A stretch of 64,000 nucleotides of DNA from Clostridia bacterium (lineage in GTDB: Bacteria; Bacillota; Clostridia; Christensenellales; CAG-138), in the NCBI GenBank assembly GCA_036654235.1, contig JAVVSK010000007.1:16055-80054 (forward strand), in the 5' to 3' direction. Below, one piece after another: positions 7,465 to 17,844 of this stretch; positions within the stretch are counted from its first letter, which is position 1; each line of letters starts with the position of its first letter. The notes beneath the pieces were generated by a model that was not told the DNA's origin, did not search any database, and saw nothing but the letters and a program-made list of their open reading frames with translations. Made by a program: the position numbers and the translations under genes.

Positions 7465-10068
7465 ATGGAAGAGAAGCTGTCGCCGATGATGATTCAGTAT
7501 TTGAGGCTAAAAGAAACTTATAAGGATTGTCTCCTGTTTTTTAGACTTGGAGATTTTTATGAGCTGTTCTTTGAAGATGCGAAAACGGCGTCTAATGAGC
7601 TTTCTTTAACGCTCACCGGAAGAAATTGCGGTCTTAAAGAGCGCGCTCCAATGTGTGGCGTACCTTATCACTCTGTTAACTCATATATAAACCGCCTAAT
7701 AGAAAAAGGCTATAAAATCGCAATCTGCGAACAACTGAGCGATCCTAAGGATTCAAAGGGCATGGTAGAGCGAGATGTCGTTCGAGTAATAACGCCGGGA
7801 ACGGTTATTGAGGACAATATCCTCGTTGAAAACGCGAATAATTTTATTGTGTCTCTATTTATGACCGATAGACGTATAGGTATCGCATATTCGGACGTTT
7901 CGACGGGGGCTTTTTATGTCTCTGAATTTTCAGGAAAGTATATGGCCAACGAACTTTGCGATGAGCTTTATAGGATAAACCCGAGAGAAATAATAGCGAG
8001 CGGGGCTGTTTTAAAAAACGAGATCGTAGATAAAAGGATAAAACCTTATTACTATATTGAGGAATATTCGGAATGGACCTATGAACTTAAAAAAGCGAAG
8101 AGCATTTTAAAAAAACATTTTGGCGAACAAAGTTTAGTCGTACTTATCGACAACGTATATGCCCTTTGTGCCGCCGGAGCTTTACTTTATTATTTGGACG
8201 AAACTCAAAAAAACGCCCTTTTGCATATTGATGCGATAAAACTTATAAACAAAAACGAATATATGTTTTTGGATGAATTTACGAGGGCAAATCTTGAATT
8301 GACAAAACCAATGAGGAGCGACGGAAGTAAAAGGAACACGCTTTTAGGAATATTGGATAAAACGAAAACGCCAATGGGTGCGAGAACGCTAAGGATCTTT
8401 ATAGATCAGCCTCTTCTCGTAAAAACCAATATTTTAAGCAGGCTGGATGCCGTTGAGGAATTGCTGAGCGATAAAATCATGAGCGATAAAATCGCTTCCG
8501 CATTTAAAACAGTACATGATATTGAGAGGCTTTGCGCGAAAATAGCCTATAGTAATATAAACGCACGAGATTGCTGCGCTTTACGCGAGTCGCTCTTTTC
8601 TTTGCCACTTATAAAGTTATCTTTGGGAAATGCAAAGTCTGCAATACTCGTAAAAGCGAGGGATAATATAGATGCATTAGAAGATATTTCTGAACTTTTA
8701 GATAGGGCGATATCCGACGATGCGCCGATTACGATAAAAGATGGCGGGATTATAAAGTCCGGCTTTGACGAAAATATTGATAAGTTTCGCGATATACAAA
8801 AAAACACAATGGGCTTTCTTGCAAATATGGAAGCGGAGGAAAGAACAGCGACAGGGATAAAAAACCTTAAAATCGGATATAACCGCGTTTTTGGCTATTA
8901 TATCGAGGTCGGACGTTCGAGCAGCGATTCCGTTCCTTATAGGTATGAAAGAAAACAGACTCTTTCAAATGCCGAAAGATATGTGACAAAAGAACTGAAA
9001 GAACTGGAAAATAATATATTAACAGCATCCGAACAATGCATTGATCTCGAATATAACCTTTTCTGCTCTATAAAAAACACTCTTCTTGAGGCGATGTCGA
9101 GGATGAAGGAAACCGCGGCTATTATAGGTGATTTAGACGCATACCTCTCTCTTTCGGTGGTCGCCGAAGAAAACGGATATGTGCGTCCGGAAATTAACGA
9201 GGAAGGCGTTCTTGAGATAATAGACGGGCGACATCCGGTAGTTGAAAAGAGCCTAAACGGAGATTTTATAGCAAATAATACGATTATGGATTTTAACGAG
9301 AACCGTCTTTTAATACTTACGGGACCAAATATGGCGGGGAAAAGCACATATCTTAGGCAGACGGCGCTGATAGTATTAATGGCTCAGGTGGGTTCATTTG
9401 TACCGGCGCGACGGGCGAATATTTGTATAACGGATAGGATATTTACGCGGGTAGGAGCTTCGGATAATTTAGCTACGGGACAAAGCACATTTATGGTCGA
9501 AATGAGCGAGATGGCGAGTATATTAAATTGCGCAACGCAAAACAGCCTTTTAATACTTGACGAAATAGGGAGGGGAACGAGTACTTATGACGGGCTTAGT
9601 ATAGCCTGGGCAACTCTAGAATATATAGCGGATATAAAAAAATGCGGCGCAAAAACGCTTTTTGCAACGCATTATCATGAGTTAACGGAGTTTGAAAACA
9701 GACTTGACGGAGTAAAAAACTATAAAATTCTAGTTAAAGAAGTAAACGATACTGTTGTATTTTTGAGAAAAATTGCGCGAGGAAGCGCCGATAAGAGCTT
9801 TGGTATAGAGGTTGCAAAGCTCGCCGGACTTCCGAAAGCGATTATTGATCGCGCAAAAACGGTTCTCGCCGCCCTTGAAGAGGCGGATATAAATAAACAG
9901 AGTATTAGAAATATAAACATGGACGCTGTATTGGACAGTGGCAAAAAAACAGAAGTGGAAGAAAAAATCTCCGGCATAGTAAAAGGGCTGGATCTAAACA
10001 ATATGACACCCCTTGAAGCCATGGCTATGCTTGGAACAATAAAAACAATTATTTGGAATGAGGATTAA
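7465..10068 (+). CDS. mutS: DNA mismatch repair protein MutS
   Basis: Full-length 867 aa. N-terminal MMIQYLRLKE...GDFYELF mismatch-binding motif, Walker A GPNMAGKST and DEIGRGTSTYDG. AAGGAG RBS. Confidence 0.97.
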   Translation: MEEKLSPMMIQYLRLKETYKDCLLFFRLGDFYELFFEDAKTASNELSLTLTGRNCGLKERAPMCGVPYHSVNSYINRLIEKGYKIAICEQLSDPKDSKGMVERDVVRVITPGTVIEDNILVENANNFIVSLFMTDRRIGIAYSDVSTGAFYVSEFSGKYMANELCDELYRINPREIIASGAVLKNEIVDKRIKPYYYIEEYSEWTYELKKAKSILKKHFGEQSLVVLIDNVYALCAAGALLYYLDETQKNALLHIDAIKLINKNEYMFLDEFTRANLELTKPMRSDGSKRNTLLGILDKTKTPMGARTLRIFIDQPLLVKTNILSRLDAVEELLSDKIMSDKIASAFKTVHDIERLCAKIAYSNINARDCCALRESLFSLPLIKLSLGNAKSAILVKARDNIDALEDISELLDRAISDDAPITIKDGGIIKSGFDENIDKFRDIQKNTMGFLANMEAEERTATGIKNLKIGYNRVFGYYIEVGRSSSDSVPYRYERKQTLSNAERYVTKELKELENNILTASEQCIDLEYNLFCSIKNTLLEAMSRMKETAAIIGDLDAYLSLSVVAEENGYVRPEINEEGVLEIIDGRHPVVEKSLNGDFIANNTIMDFNENRLLILTGPNMAGKSTYLRQTALIVLMAQVGSFVPARRANICITDRIFTRVGASDNLATGQSTFMVEMSEMASILNCATQNSLLILDEIGRGTSTYDGLSIAWATLEYIADIKKCGAKTLFATHYHELTEFENRLDGVKNYKILVKEVNDTVVFLRKIARGSADKSFGIEVAKLAGLPKAIIDRAKTVLAALEEADINKQSIRNINMDAVLDSGKKTEVEEKISGIVKGLDLNNMTPLEAMAMLGTIKTIIWNED

Positions 10069-10071
10069 ACT

Positions 10072-11919
10072 ATGAGAAAGATTGAAGTTCTAATGAATGC
10101 GGTTGCTGATAAAATCGCGGCGGGGGAAGTGGTAGAAAGACCATCATCCGCTCTTAAAGAATTGATTGAAAATTCTATAGACGCGGGAAGCACCGCTATA
10201 TCGATTGAATTTACCGGAGGAGGACTCGAATATATGCGCGTATGCGATAACGGATGCGGCATACCGCATAGCGAGGTAGAAACTGCTTTTTTACGCCATG
10301 CAACAAGTAAGGTTGCAACGTCTGAAGATTTGAACGCTATAATAACCTTGGGTTTTCGTGGAGAGGCGCTTCCGTCTATTGCGTCGATTTCTCAGCTTAC
10401 GATGAAAACGCGGGTTAAAAATTCAAACTGGGGAACCATTCTTCAAATTAACGGCGGAGAGACGGTAACGCTCGAACCTTGCGGTTGTCCAGAGGGGACA
10501 TCGGTTACCGTTGAAAACCTATTTTATAATGTTCCGGCGAGGCGCGCCTTTGTAAAATCCATAAGAACAGAAACAAATAGAATAGTAGACCTAATAAGCC
10601 GATTGATACTATCTCATCCGGAAATTTCTTTTAAACTTACGGGAAATAATAGGCTTATTTGTAAGAGCCTTGGCGATGGGATCTTGCGAAACGCAGTTTA
10701 TGGCGTTTTTGGCGCGGATATAATGCCTCATCTTAGAGACTTAAAGTTTGACGATGGGTATTTAAAGATAGACGGTCTTGTAGGCGATGAAACAATAGCT
10801 ACGGCAAATAAACAGCGTCAATCAATATATGTAAACGGGCGCTATATAAAGTCAAGAAACCTTACATATTCTACTGTACGTGCTTTTGATCAGCGTATAA
10901 TGAGGGGATCGTTCCCGTTTTTAACGGCGAACTTTATTATCGCGCCGGAGGAAATCAACGTAAATGTTCATCCTAATAAAATGGAAGTGCGATTTAAAAA
11001 CGAGGAGCGCGTTACATTTGCTCTTGTTAGCGCGATAAAGGAAGCTTTAGGAGGATATACAATTCCGGAGATATTGAGTCATAAGGATGAAAATCTTCCG
11101 TATTTCAAAAAGCAGTCATATGAGCCGCCTCGTTCTCGAAATCTTTTAGGCAATGAGCGTCCATATGTTTCTACATACACTCAGGCGGTTAATCTTCAAG
11201 ATTCCGGAAGTCTGCCCTATAATTTTGAAAAAATTGGAGCTTTTTGCTCTGAAAAAGCGGATGGTAAAAAAAATATTGAGCTAACTTCGAGTAAGGGACG
11301 GAGATCAAACCTAGAACAGTCTGTTTTGATCCGTATTCCGGACGTTGAAAATCCATATAAAATAATCGGATCTGCTTTCAATACCTATTGGTTTATAGAG
11401 CAGGAGGGCGAGCTTTTAATTTTAGATCAACATGCGGCGCACGAGAGGCTTCTCTATGAGAAATATACCTCTGAGGACGCTGAATCTCTAACGCAAACTT
11501 TTTTAATACCTCTGACTATTCACCTTACGCCTATGGAATATGACGTGTTTCAGGAAAATCAGGCTGCCTTTAAAGAGCTGGGCTTTCTTATAGACCAATT
11601 TGGGGAGCAGACGATAAGTCTTCGCGGGATACCGAACATACTTGGTAAAACCGACGCAGAGGCTGTTCTTCGTGAAACATTGGAAAAGATTAAAGACAAT
11701 AAAAAGCTGACGACCGTTGAGCTAAAGCGTGATGCTGTTATAAAGGCGGCGTGCAAACATGCGGTTAAGGGCGGGAGTATTGTCGATATTGAGGCGGTAA
11801 AAAAAATAATTGCCGAGTTTAATACGGGAACCGTTCCGCTAACTTGTCCACACGGTCGTCCTATTATCGTTAAATTTACTAAAAACGAGATTGAAAAGTT
11901 CTTTAAAAGAATAGTATGA
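10072..11919 (+). CDS. mutL: DNA mismatch repair endonuclease MutL
   Basis: GHKL N-terminus (IAAGEVVERPSSALKELIENSIDAG...DNGCGI) and a C-terminal DQHAAHERLLYE endonuclease motif. It starts 3 nt after mutS. Confidence 0.97.
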   Translation: MRKIEVLMNAVADKIAAGEVVERPSSALKELIENSIDAGSTAISIEFTGGGLEYMRVCDNGCGIPHSEVETAFLRHATSKVATSEDLNAIITLGFRGEALPSIASISQLTMKTRVKNSNWGTILQINGGETVTLEPCGCPEGTSVTVENLFYNVPARRAFVKSIRTETNRIVDLISRLILSHPEISFKLTGNNRLICKSLGDGILRNAVYGVFGADIMPHLRDLKFDDGYLKIDGLVGDETIATANKQRQSIYVNGRYIKSRNLTYSTVRAFDQRIMRGSFPFLTANFIIAPEEINVNVHPNKMEVRFKNEERVTFALVSAIKEALGGYTIPEILSHKDENLPYFKKQSYEPPRSRNLLGNERPYVSTYTQAVNLQDSGSLPYNFEKIGAFCSEKADGKKNIELTSSKGRRSNLEQSVLIRIPDVENPYKIIGSAFNTYWFIEQEGELLILDQHAAHERLLYEKYTSEDAESLTQTFLIPLTIHLTPMEYDVFQENQAAFKELGFLIDQFGEQTISLRGIPNILGKTDAEAVLRETLEKIKDNKKLTTVELKRDAVIKAACKHAVKGGSIVDIEAVKKIIAEFNTGTVPLTCPHGRPIIVKFTKNEIEKFFKRIV

Positions 11920-12884
11920 GCGGAAAAGTAAATATAGCCGTAATAGTCGGAGCGACGGCGACAGGAAAGAGCGCTCTTTCCGTTGCCGTCGCGCAGCGCA
12001 TAAAAAACGCGGAAATAGTAACAGCTGATTCGGCGCAGATTTATCGCGGAATGAATATAGGAACCGCGAAGCCGACTTTAAACGAAATGGGTGGCGTACC
12101 TCATCATATGATAGACGTTGCGGATATAGTGGAAACGGATTTCAGCGTTGCAAAATATAAACAGTTGGCCAGCTCGGTTATAAACGATATTGCTTCGCGG
12201 GGGAAAATCCCGATTGTTGCGGGGGGGACGGGACTTTATATAAATTCTATTACATACCCCCTCAGCTTTCAAAATATTCCCCCAAACATTGAGCTACGCG
12301 AGAAATTTGGAGCTATCGAAGAAAGAAACAAGGGCGCTCTTCATGAACTTTTAACTCATATTGATCCGGAAAGAGCGGCGCTGTTACATCCTAACGATAT
12401 AAAGAGGGTGATCCGCGCACTGGAAATATATTATCAAAGCGAGATTAAGCCGTCATCAATGGATTCGGATTTTGTTAATGACCGCGGGGACGAAACCGAG
12501 TTCGAACCTATTATAGTTGGGCTAACTATGCCGCGGGTGGAATTATATGCGCGTATAAACGAGAGAGTCGATAAAATGATGGAAGCGGGACTATTAGACG
12601 AGGTAAAGGGACTTTTAAAAGCCGGATACAACTCCGATTCTCCGGCGTTTTCAGCGCTTGGATATCGGCAGCTTATAAGTTATATTGAGGGAAGTATCGA
12701 TTTAAAACAGGCGGTTGAGGATATTAAGCTAAAGACACGTCGTTTTGCTAAGAGACAGGAAACATGGTTTAAACGTGATAAGCGCATATCTTGGTTGAAA
12801 GCAGATAGTTCGGGTATCGGGGACTCGCTTTTAAACGAAACATGCGATATTTTTTCAGAGAGGGGGCTTTTTACTTTAAAATGA
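11916..12884 (+). CDS. miaA: tRNA dimethylallyltransferase MiaA
   Basis: P-loop GATATGKS, then SAQIYRGMNIGTAKP and GGTGLY motifs. ATGA overlap with the mutL stop. Confidence 0.95.
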   Translation: MSGKVNIAVIVGATATGKSALSVAVAQRIKNAEIVTADSAQIYRGMNIGTAKPTLNEMGGVPHHMIDVADIVETDFSVAKYKQLASSVINDIASRGKIPIVAGGTGLYINSITYPLSFQNIPPNIELREKFGAIEERNKGALHELLTHIDPERAALLHPNDIKRVIRALEIYYQSEIKPSSMDSDFVNDRGDETEFEPIIVGLTMPRVELYARINERVDKMMEAGLLDEVKGLLKAGYNSDSPAFSALGYRQLISYIEGSIDLKQAVEDIKLKTRRFAKRQETWFKRDKRISWLKADSSGIGDSLLNETCDIFSERGLFTLK

Positions 12885-13126
12885 AGCAGATCAATCTACA
12901 GGACGGATTTTTAAACGCGCTTAGAAAGAGTAAGGCAACGGTAACTCTCGTTACGACGAACGGATTTCAAATGAAAAATGCGGTAGTTTTGAGCTTTGAT
13001 AACTATGCAGTGCTTTTAATCTTCGATGGTCGCGAAACTCTTGTTTTTAAGCACGCAATATCGTCGATAATAGCAAACAATGAACTTAATTTTATGGCTG
13101 AGGTAAAATATGACGATGCAGAGTAA
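12881..13126 (+). CDS. hfq: RNA chaperone Hfq
   Basis: Sm1/Sm2-like sequence QDGFLNALRKSKATVTLVTTNGFQMKNAVVLSFDNYAVLL...VFKHAISSI. I chose the ATG at 12881 (ATGA overlap with the miaA stop, GAGAGGGGG RBS upstream) over the longer ORF-track start at 12842. Confidence 0.9.
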   Translation: MKQINLQDGFLNALRKSKATVTLVTTNGFQMKNAVVLSFDNYAVLLIFDGRETLVFKHAISSIIANNELNFMAEVKYDDAE

Positions 13127-14363
13127 AACAGCGGCGAAAATGATAGAGGCGGCAGAGCGCGAGCTTTCGCCTGTTTTTTTCCGTATAGACGAAATAGAAT
13201 ATGAAAATACGGAACGTATATTGAATTCATTTTTAGAAAATCGCGTTGGAACGCGTCATTTTTCTCCTACAACGGGATATGGATATGATGATATTGGGCG
13301 CGATACATTGGATAAGCTTTTTGCTAACGCGCTATTTTGTGAAGATGCCCTCGTTCGTTCGCATATTGTTTCTGGAACGCACGCGATTTTTTTAGCATTG
13401 AGTGGGCTTTTATCGAGTTCCGAAACGCTGCTTTCGATTACGGGAACGCCATATGATACGCTGCAAACGGCGATAGGGTTGACCGGGGAGGCGACGCGCG
13501 CCTCGCTTATCGGGCGTGGCGTAAACTATAGGGAAATACCGATTACGGAAAAAGGTGGATTGAATTTAAATTCGTTAAAAGAGGAATTGAAACTTAAACC
13601 GAGAATTGCTTATATTCAGAGGTCACGCGGCTATGCCTGGAGAGATTCGATAAGCCTATCTGCAATGAAAGAGGCATTTAAACTGATAAAATCGGACTCG
13701 CCGGAAACGCTCATAGTCGTAGATAATTGCTACGGCGAATTTACAGCGGTTAAAGAACCTACATGCTTCGGCGCGGATATAATAATAGGCTCGCTGATAA
13801 AAAACCCGGGCGGCGGTCTTGCGCCGACGGGCGGATATATAGCGGGGAAAGCGAAGCTTATTGGAGAAATAGCCGAAACGCTAACCGTCCCTGGAATGGG
13901 ACGCGAGGTCGGATCATACGCAGGAAGCTACCGAGCGTTTTATCAGGGACTTTTCATGGCTCCTCATGTCGTTGCGGAGAGTTTAAAAACGGCGGCTCTT
14001 TTCGCGAAGCTTTTTGAAGACCTCGGGTTTGAAACGAAACCGCGTTCAAATGACGAAAGGTCCGATATAGTTCAATCGCTGAGGTTTAATTCGCGCGAAG
14101 CTCTTATAGCTTTTATACAGAGCGTACAGGCGACATCGCCCGTAGACGGATATGCACTTCCCGAGCCTTGGGATATGCCTGGGTATGACGATAAAGTAAT
14201 AATGGCGGCGGGGACATTCGTTTCGGGAGCATCTATCGAGCTTAGCGCCGACGCGCCAATAAGAGAACCATATACAGCATATATTCAGGGCGCGCTTTCA
14301 TATGCGCACGGAAAAATCGGAGCTAAACGCGCCATTGCGGCTATTTTAGAAACTCAAAAATGA
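13110..14363 (+). CDS. Methionine gamma-lyase family (YnbB / aluminium-resistance-like) PLP protein
   Basis: The N-terminal region (RILNSFLENRVGTRHFSPTTGYGYDDIGRDTLDKLFA) and the length are typical of the YnbB family, which commonly follows hfq in Firmicutes. Confidence 0.75.
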   Translation: MTMQSKTAAKMIEAAERELSPVFFRIDEIEYENTERILNSFLENRVGTRHFSPTTGYGYDDIGRDTLDKLFANALFCEDALVRSHIVSGTHAIFLALSGLLSSSETLLSITGTPYDTLQTAIGLTGEATRASLIGRGVNYREIPITEKGGLNLNSLKEELKLKPRIAYIQRSRGYAWRDSISLSAMKEAFKLIKSDSPETLIVVDNCYGEFTAVKEPTCFGADIIIGSLIKNPGGGLAPTGGYIAGKAKLIGEIAETLTVPGMGREVGSYAGSYRAFYQGLFMAPHVVAESLKTAALFAKLFEDLGFETKPRSNDERSDIVQSLRFNSREALIAFIQSVQATSPVDGYALPEPWDMPGYDDKVIMAAGTFVSGASIELSADAPIREPYTAYIQGALSYAHGKIGAKRAIAAILETQK

Positions 14364-16189
14364 ACGATCTAATTGCGGAAAAGCTTAAACTTTTACCCGG
14401 CACATCGGGGGTTTATAAGATGTTTGGAGCTTCCGGCATTGTCATATACGTTGGCAAGGCGGTAAGCCTTAAAAACCGCGTTCGCCAATATTTTCAATCG
14501 GGCGAAAAGCCACCTAAGGTTGCCGCGATGGTCGCGAATATAGAAGATTTCGAATACATACTAACGAAAAACGAAACGGAAGCGCTAACTCTCGAAAGCA
14601 ACCTTATAAAGCAGTTTCAGCCGCGTTACAATATACTCTTAAAGGACGATAAACAGTTTCCATACGTAAGATTGGATATAAAAAAAGATTTTCCGCGCTT
14701 TGAGGTAGTGAGAAGGGTAAGGGACGACGGAGCAAGATATTTTGGACCTTATCTCAGCGGAATAGCTCTAAAGGAATCTCTCGACATAATAAGGAACAAC
14801 TATCCTGTTCGCCAATGTAAAAAAGATATTGAAAAGGCGATAGCGCGCCGCGAAAGACCATGTCTTATGTATCACATAGGAAAATGCTGCGCGCCATGTA
14901 CGGGGCTGGTAACCCGAGAAGAATATTACGCATTATTAGACGAAATAAGTTCGTTTTTATCCGGGAACGTTGAGCCGGTCGTAAAAATGCTTACCCAAAA
15001 AATGCTTGAAGCATCGGATATAATGGACTATGAACTGGCGGCGGGGCTAAGGGATAGAATTCGCGCGATAAAGGGGCTTTCAGAAAAGCAAACGGCGATA
15101 GCCGCGAGCGACGTAGACAGAGATATCTTTGCGCTTCGCGTTGCGGAGGATTATAGTCTTATATTCGCGGTTTTTGTCAGAAACGGAAAAGTCGTTGGAA
15201 CGGAAGACTATGCGCTTATGGCTTTTGAGGAACCGGACAGCGAGTTAATCGCGTCCTTTATAAAGCAATATTATATTGAAGCCGTTTTTATACCCCGGGA
15301 AATATTGGTTTCCGTCGTTCCGGATGATAGGGAGTCGATTGAGCTTTGGCTAAGAGAACGGTCTTCTCATGTAACGAGGATAATAAAACCCGAGCGCGGT
15401 GAAAAACGAAGCCTAGTTGACTTTGCAGTTAATAATGCGAACGACCTTGTTATAAAACGAAAGGAACTAAAAAATAGAGAGTTTGAACGCGGGGAAGGTG
15501 CTCTCGTTGAACTTTCGCTCCTTATCGGAATGGACAACATACCGAGCAGAATAGAATGCTATGATATATCGCATACGGCAGGGATGGATGCGGTAGGAGC
15601 TATGATCGTATTTACGGACGGAAAACCGGATAAAAAAGAGTATCGCCGATTTAAACTCCGCGAAAATGAAAATGGAGACGATTATATGGCTGTAAACGAG
15701 GTTTTAACGCGAAGATTTAACCGCGCTAAAAGCGATGTAAAATTTCAGATAATGCCGGATCTTATTATTGTTGACGGTGGGAGAGGTCAGCTTAACGTTG
15801 TTCTAAAGGTGCTTTCGGATTTTTCAATTTCGCATATACCGGCGATTGGTCTTGCTGAAAAGAACGAAGAACTTATATTGAAGGACGTTGAGACACCGAT
15901 AACTTTAAAACGTTCAAACCTAACCTTGCATTTAATTGAGCGTATAAGGGACGAGGCGCATCGTTTTGCAATAACGTATCATAGAAGCCTACGTTCAAAA
16001 TCCGCGCTTTACTCCGTACTGGATAATATAAACGGTGTTGGCGATAAGAGAAAGCGCGCTCTGTTCGATGCCTTTTTAACGGTAACAGCAATAAAGGTGG
16101 CGAGTATCGAGGATATAGCGAAAGTTAAAGGTCTAACAAAATCAAGCGCCGAAGCAGTATATGAATATTTTCATAAAAGCAGCGATTAA
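14360..16189 (+). CDS. uvrC: Excinuclease ABC subunit C
   Basis: GIY-YIG N-terminus (GVYKMF...IYVGKAVSLKNRVRQYF), UVR domain, endonuclease V region and a C-terminal HhH. ATGA overlap with the upstream gene. Confidence 0.95.
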   Translation: MNDLIAEKLKLLPGTSGVYKMFGASGIVIYVGKAVSLKNRVRQYFQSGEKPPKVAAMVANIEDFEYILTKNETEALTLESNLIKQFQPRYNILLKDDKQFPYVRLDIKKDFPRFEVVRRVRDDGARYFGPYLSGIALKESLDIIRNNYPVRQCKKDIEKAIARRERPCLMYHIGKCCAPCTGLVTREEYYALLDEISSFLSGNVEPVVKMLTQKMLEASDIMDYELAAGLRDRIRAIKGLSEKQTAIAASDVDRDIFALRVAEDYSLIFAVFVRNGKVVGTEDYALMAFEEPDSELIASFIKQYYIEAVFIPREILVSVVPDDRESIELWLRERSSHVTRIIKPERGEKRSLVDFAVNNANDLVIKRKELKNREFERGEGALVELSLLIGMDNIPSRIECYDISHTAGMDAVGAMIVFTDGKPDKKEYRRFKLRENENGDDYMAVNEVLTRRFNRAKSDVKFQIMPDLIIVDGGRGQLNVVLKVLSDFSISHIPAIGLAEKNEELILKDVETPITLKRSNLTLHLIERIRDEAHRFAITYHRSLRSKSALYSVLDNINGVGDKRKRALFDAFLTVTAIKVASIEDIAKVKGLTKSSAEAVYEYFHKSSD

Positions 16190-16317
16190 TTTACGGTGTA
16201 AAAAAGCTTAGCGCGGAAGCTCATATGGATTTAATCCGATTTTTAAATTTATAAAGTGTGCGCAATTAAACAAATGTGATATTTTTGTTATTTCAAAGCA
16301 TTTTCGCCGAAAAAGGG

Positions 16318-16346
16318 TTGGTTTGTCGATGATTTAGTGATAGAAT
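16318..16346 (+). promoter_or_regulatory. Candidate extended -10 promoter that would give a leaderless mRNA
   Basis: TTGGTT (16318-16323), 17-nt spacer, TGaTAGAAT (16338-16346). The -10 ends 6 nt before the ATG at 16353, and no Shine-Dalgarno sequence lies between them. Confidence 0.35.
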
Positions 16347-16352
16347 ACTAAA

Positions 16353-17189
16353 ATGTTTGGTTATATAAAACCGAATAAGTCGGAACTTAAGGTTCGCGAG
16401 ATGGCGCGCTACAATGCGTACTATTGCGGACTTTGTAAAAGAATAGGTAAAAGGTTCGGGCAACTCCCGCGTTCTCTTTTAAATTACGATTGTACTTTTG
16501 CCGCGCTTTTACTTTCGGGATTTAAAGCGACCCCTTGCTGTTCTTCGGGGAAATGCATCTATAAGCCGTTGAAAGCTCGTCACCCTATAATAACCGAGGA
16601 TTCCGAGGCGCTTCGTTTTGCTGCCGACTTAAACGTATTACTCGCTTTTAATAAGCTTAAAGACGACATGAGTGACGAACGTAAGCCGATTTCATACGCG
16701 GGCTATGCTGTTTTTCTTTCGGCTTATAACCGCGCGAAGCGTTACCGCCCCGAGCTGGATCTTGTAGTATCGAGGGGTATAAAAAGCTTATCCGAACTTG
16801 AAAAAAATGACTGCAAAGAAATAGACGCAGTCGCGAATTCTTTTGCGGATATGATGAGAGAAATATTCGCTTGTGCTCCCCTGGAAAACGAGAGCGAAAG
16901 AACCCCTCTTTTGTTACTCGCTTTTAATCTCGGAAGATGGATATATCTTATAGATGCGTTTGACGATAGGGCGAAGGATAAAAAGCGCGGCTCTTATAAT
17001 CCGTTTAATGCGGGGAATATCGGGCTTGAGCGAGCAAAATATCTTCTAAATCAATCGCTTAACGAAGCGGTTTTGGCGTATGATATTTTAAATATCACTT
17101 CCGATAAATCAATATTGGACAATATAATGTATGACGGATGTTTTACCGTTACACAAAATCTACTTAGGAGTGCGAATGAATCCTTATAA
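16353..17189 (+). CDS. DUF5685-like conserved clostridial protein
   Basis: The N-terminus MFGYIKPNKSELKVREMARYNAYYCGLCKRIG matches my memory of the DUF5685 family. No function is known. Confidence 0.55.
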   Translation: MFGYIKPNKSELKVREMARYNAYYCGLCKRIGKRFGQLPRSLLNYDCTFAALLLSGFKATPCCSSGKCIYKPLKARHPIITEDSEALRFAADLNVLLAFNKLKDDMSDERKPISYAGYAVFLSAYNRAKRYRPELDLVVSRGIKSLSELEKNDCKEIDAVANSFADMMREIFACAPLENESERTPLLLLAFNLGRWIYLIDAFDDRAKDKKRGSYNPFNAGNIGLERAKYLLNQSLNEAVLAYDILNITSDKSILDNIMYDGCFTVTQNLLRSANESL

Positions 17190-17832
17190 GGTGTTGGGCG
17201 TAAGCGAAAATGCGAGTCAGGAGGAGATACGAAGGTCGTATCTTGAGCTTGTAAAAAAGTATCATCCGGATAGGTATACGGACAATCCGCTCAAAGATCT
17301 CGCAAACGAAAAATTAAAAGAAATAAATGAAGCGTATGACTTAGTAACGAAAAAGCAAACGAGTAATTCGGCGAGGGCGCGTGATGATTGGAGCTACGAC
17401 AGCTACAGCGGAACGGGCGGAAGCTATAGCGGACCGGACGCTTCGGAGTTTTCGAGGGTAAGGCAGATGATAAATCAAAACAACCTCGATGCTGCAAAAC
17501 AGTTGTTGGATGGGATAAATACTAGAAATGCCGAATGGTATTATCTCTATGGGATAATTTATCTGCGTCAGGGGTGGTATGATAAAGCGCGGGAATATAT
17601 GCGCATGGCATATGAACAGGAACCGCAAAACGCCGAATATAAAAATGCATATACGACGCTCAACAATTCGGGCAATCCATATGCTTCATATAGGGGAGGC
17701 ACTTATAATTCTGCCAGAGGGGAAACGGGGACTTCGAATTCGTCATGTTCGGGCTGCGATATGTGTTCGAGCCTTTTGTGTGCTGATTGTTGCTGCGAAT
17801 GCATGGGCGGCGATCTTGTTAGATGTTGCTGA
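17176..17832 (+). CDS. J-domain protein with TPR-like middle region and C-terminal cysteine string
   Basis: J domain NPYKVLGVSENASQEEIRRSYLELVKKYHPDRY (HPD present). TPR-like segment AEWYYLYGIIYLRQGWYDKAREYMRMAYEQEP. The tail SCSGCDMCSSLLCADCCCECMGGDLVRCC has 10 Cys in the last 29 aa. I chose the start at 17176 (TAGGAG RBS), which overlaps the upstream gene by 14 nt. Confidence 0.85.
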   Translation: MNPYKVLGVSENASQEEIRRSYLELVKKYHPDRYTDNPLKDLANEKLKEINEAYDLVTKKQTSNSARARDDWSYDSYSGTGGSYSGPDASEFSRVRQMINQNNLDAAKQLLDGINTRNAEWYYLYGIIYLRQGWYDKAREYMRMAYEQEPQNAEYKNAYTTLNNSGNPYASYRGGTYNSARGETGTSNSSCSGCDMCSSLLCADCCCECMGGDLVRCC

Positions 17833-17844
17833 GGTAAAAAAGCT

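Noticed and set aside
12842-12880. Longer N-terminal extensions offered by the ORF track for hfq (12842), the J-protein (17131), thl (22812), pstS (28965), the NusG-II gene (31098), the lipoprotein (34000), mrp (34829), murA (53201) and ftsZ (57270).
   Set aside because: In each case an internal Met is preceded by a GGAG-type RBS (the NusG-II gene is the exception, with no SD) and matches the family-typical N-terminus or signal peptide. The extensions overlap upstream genes or have no RBS.
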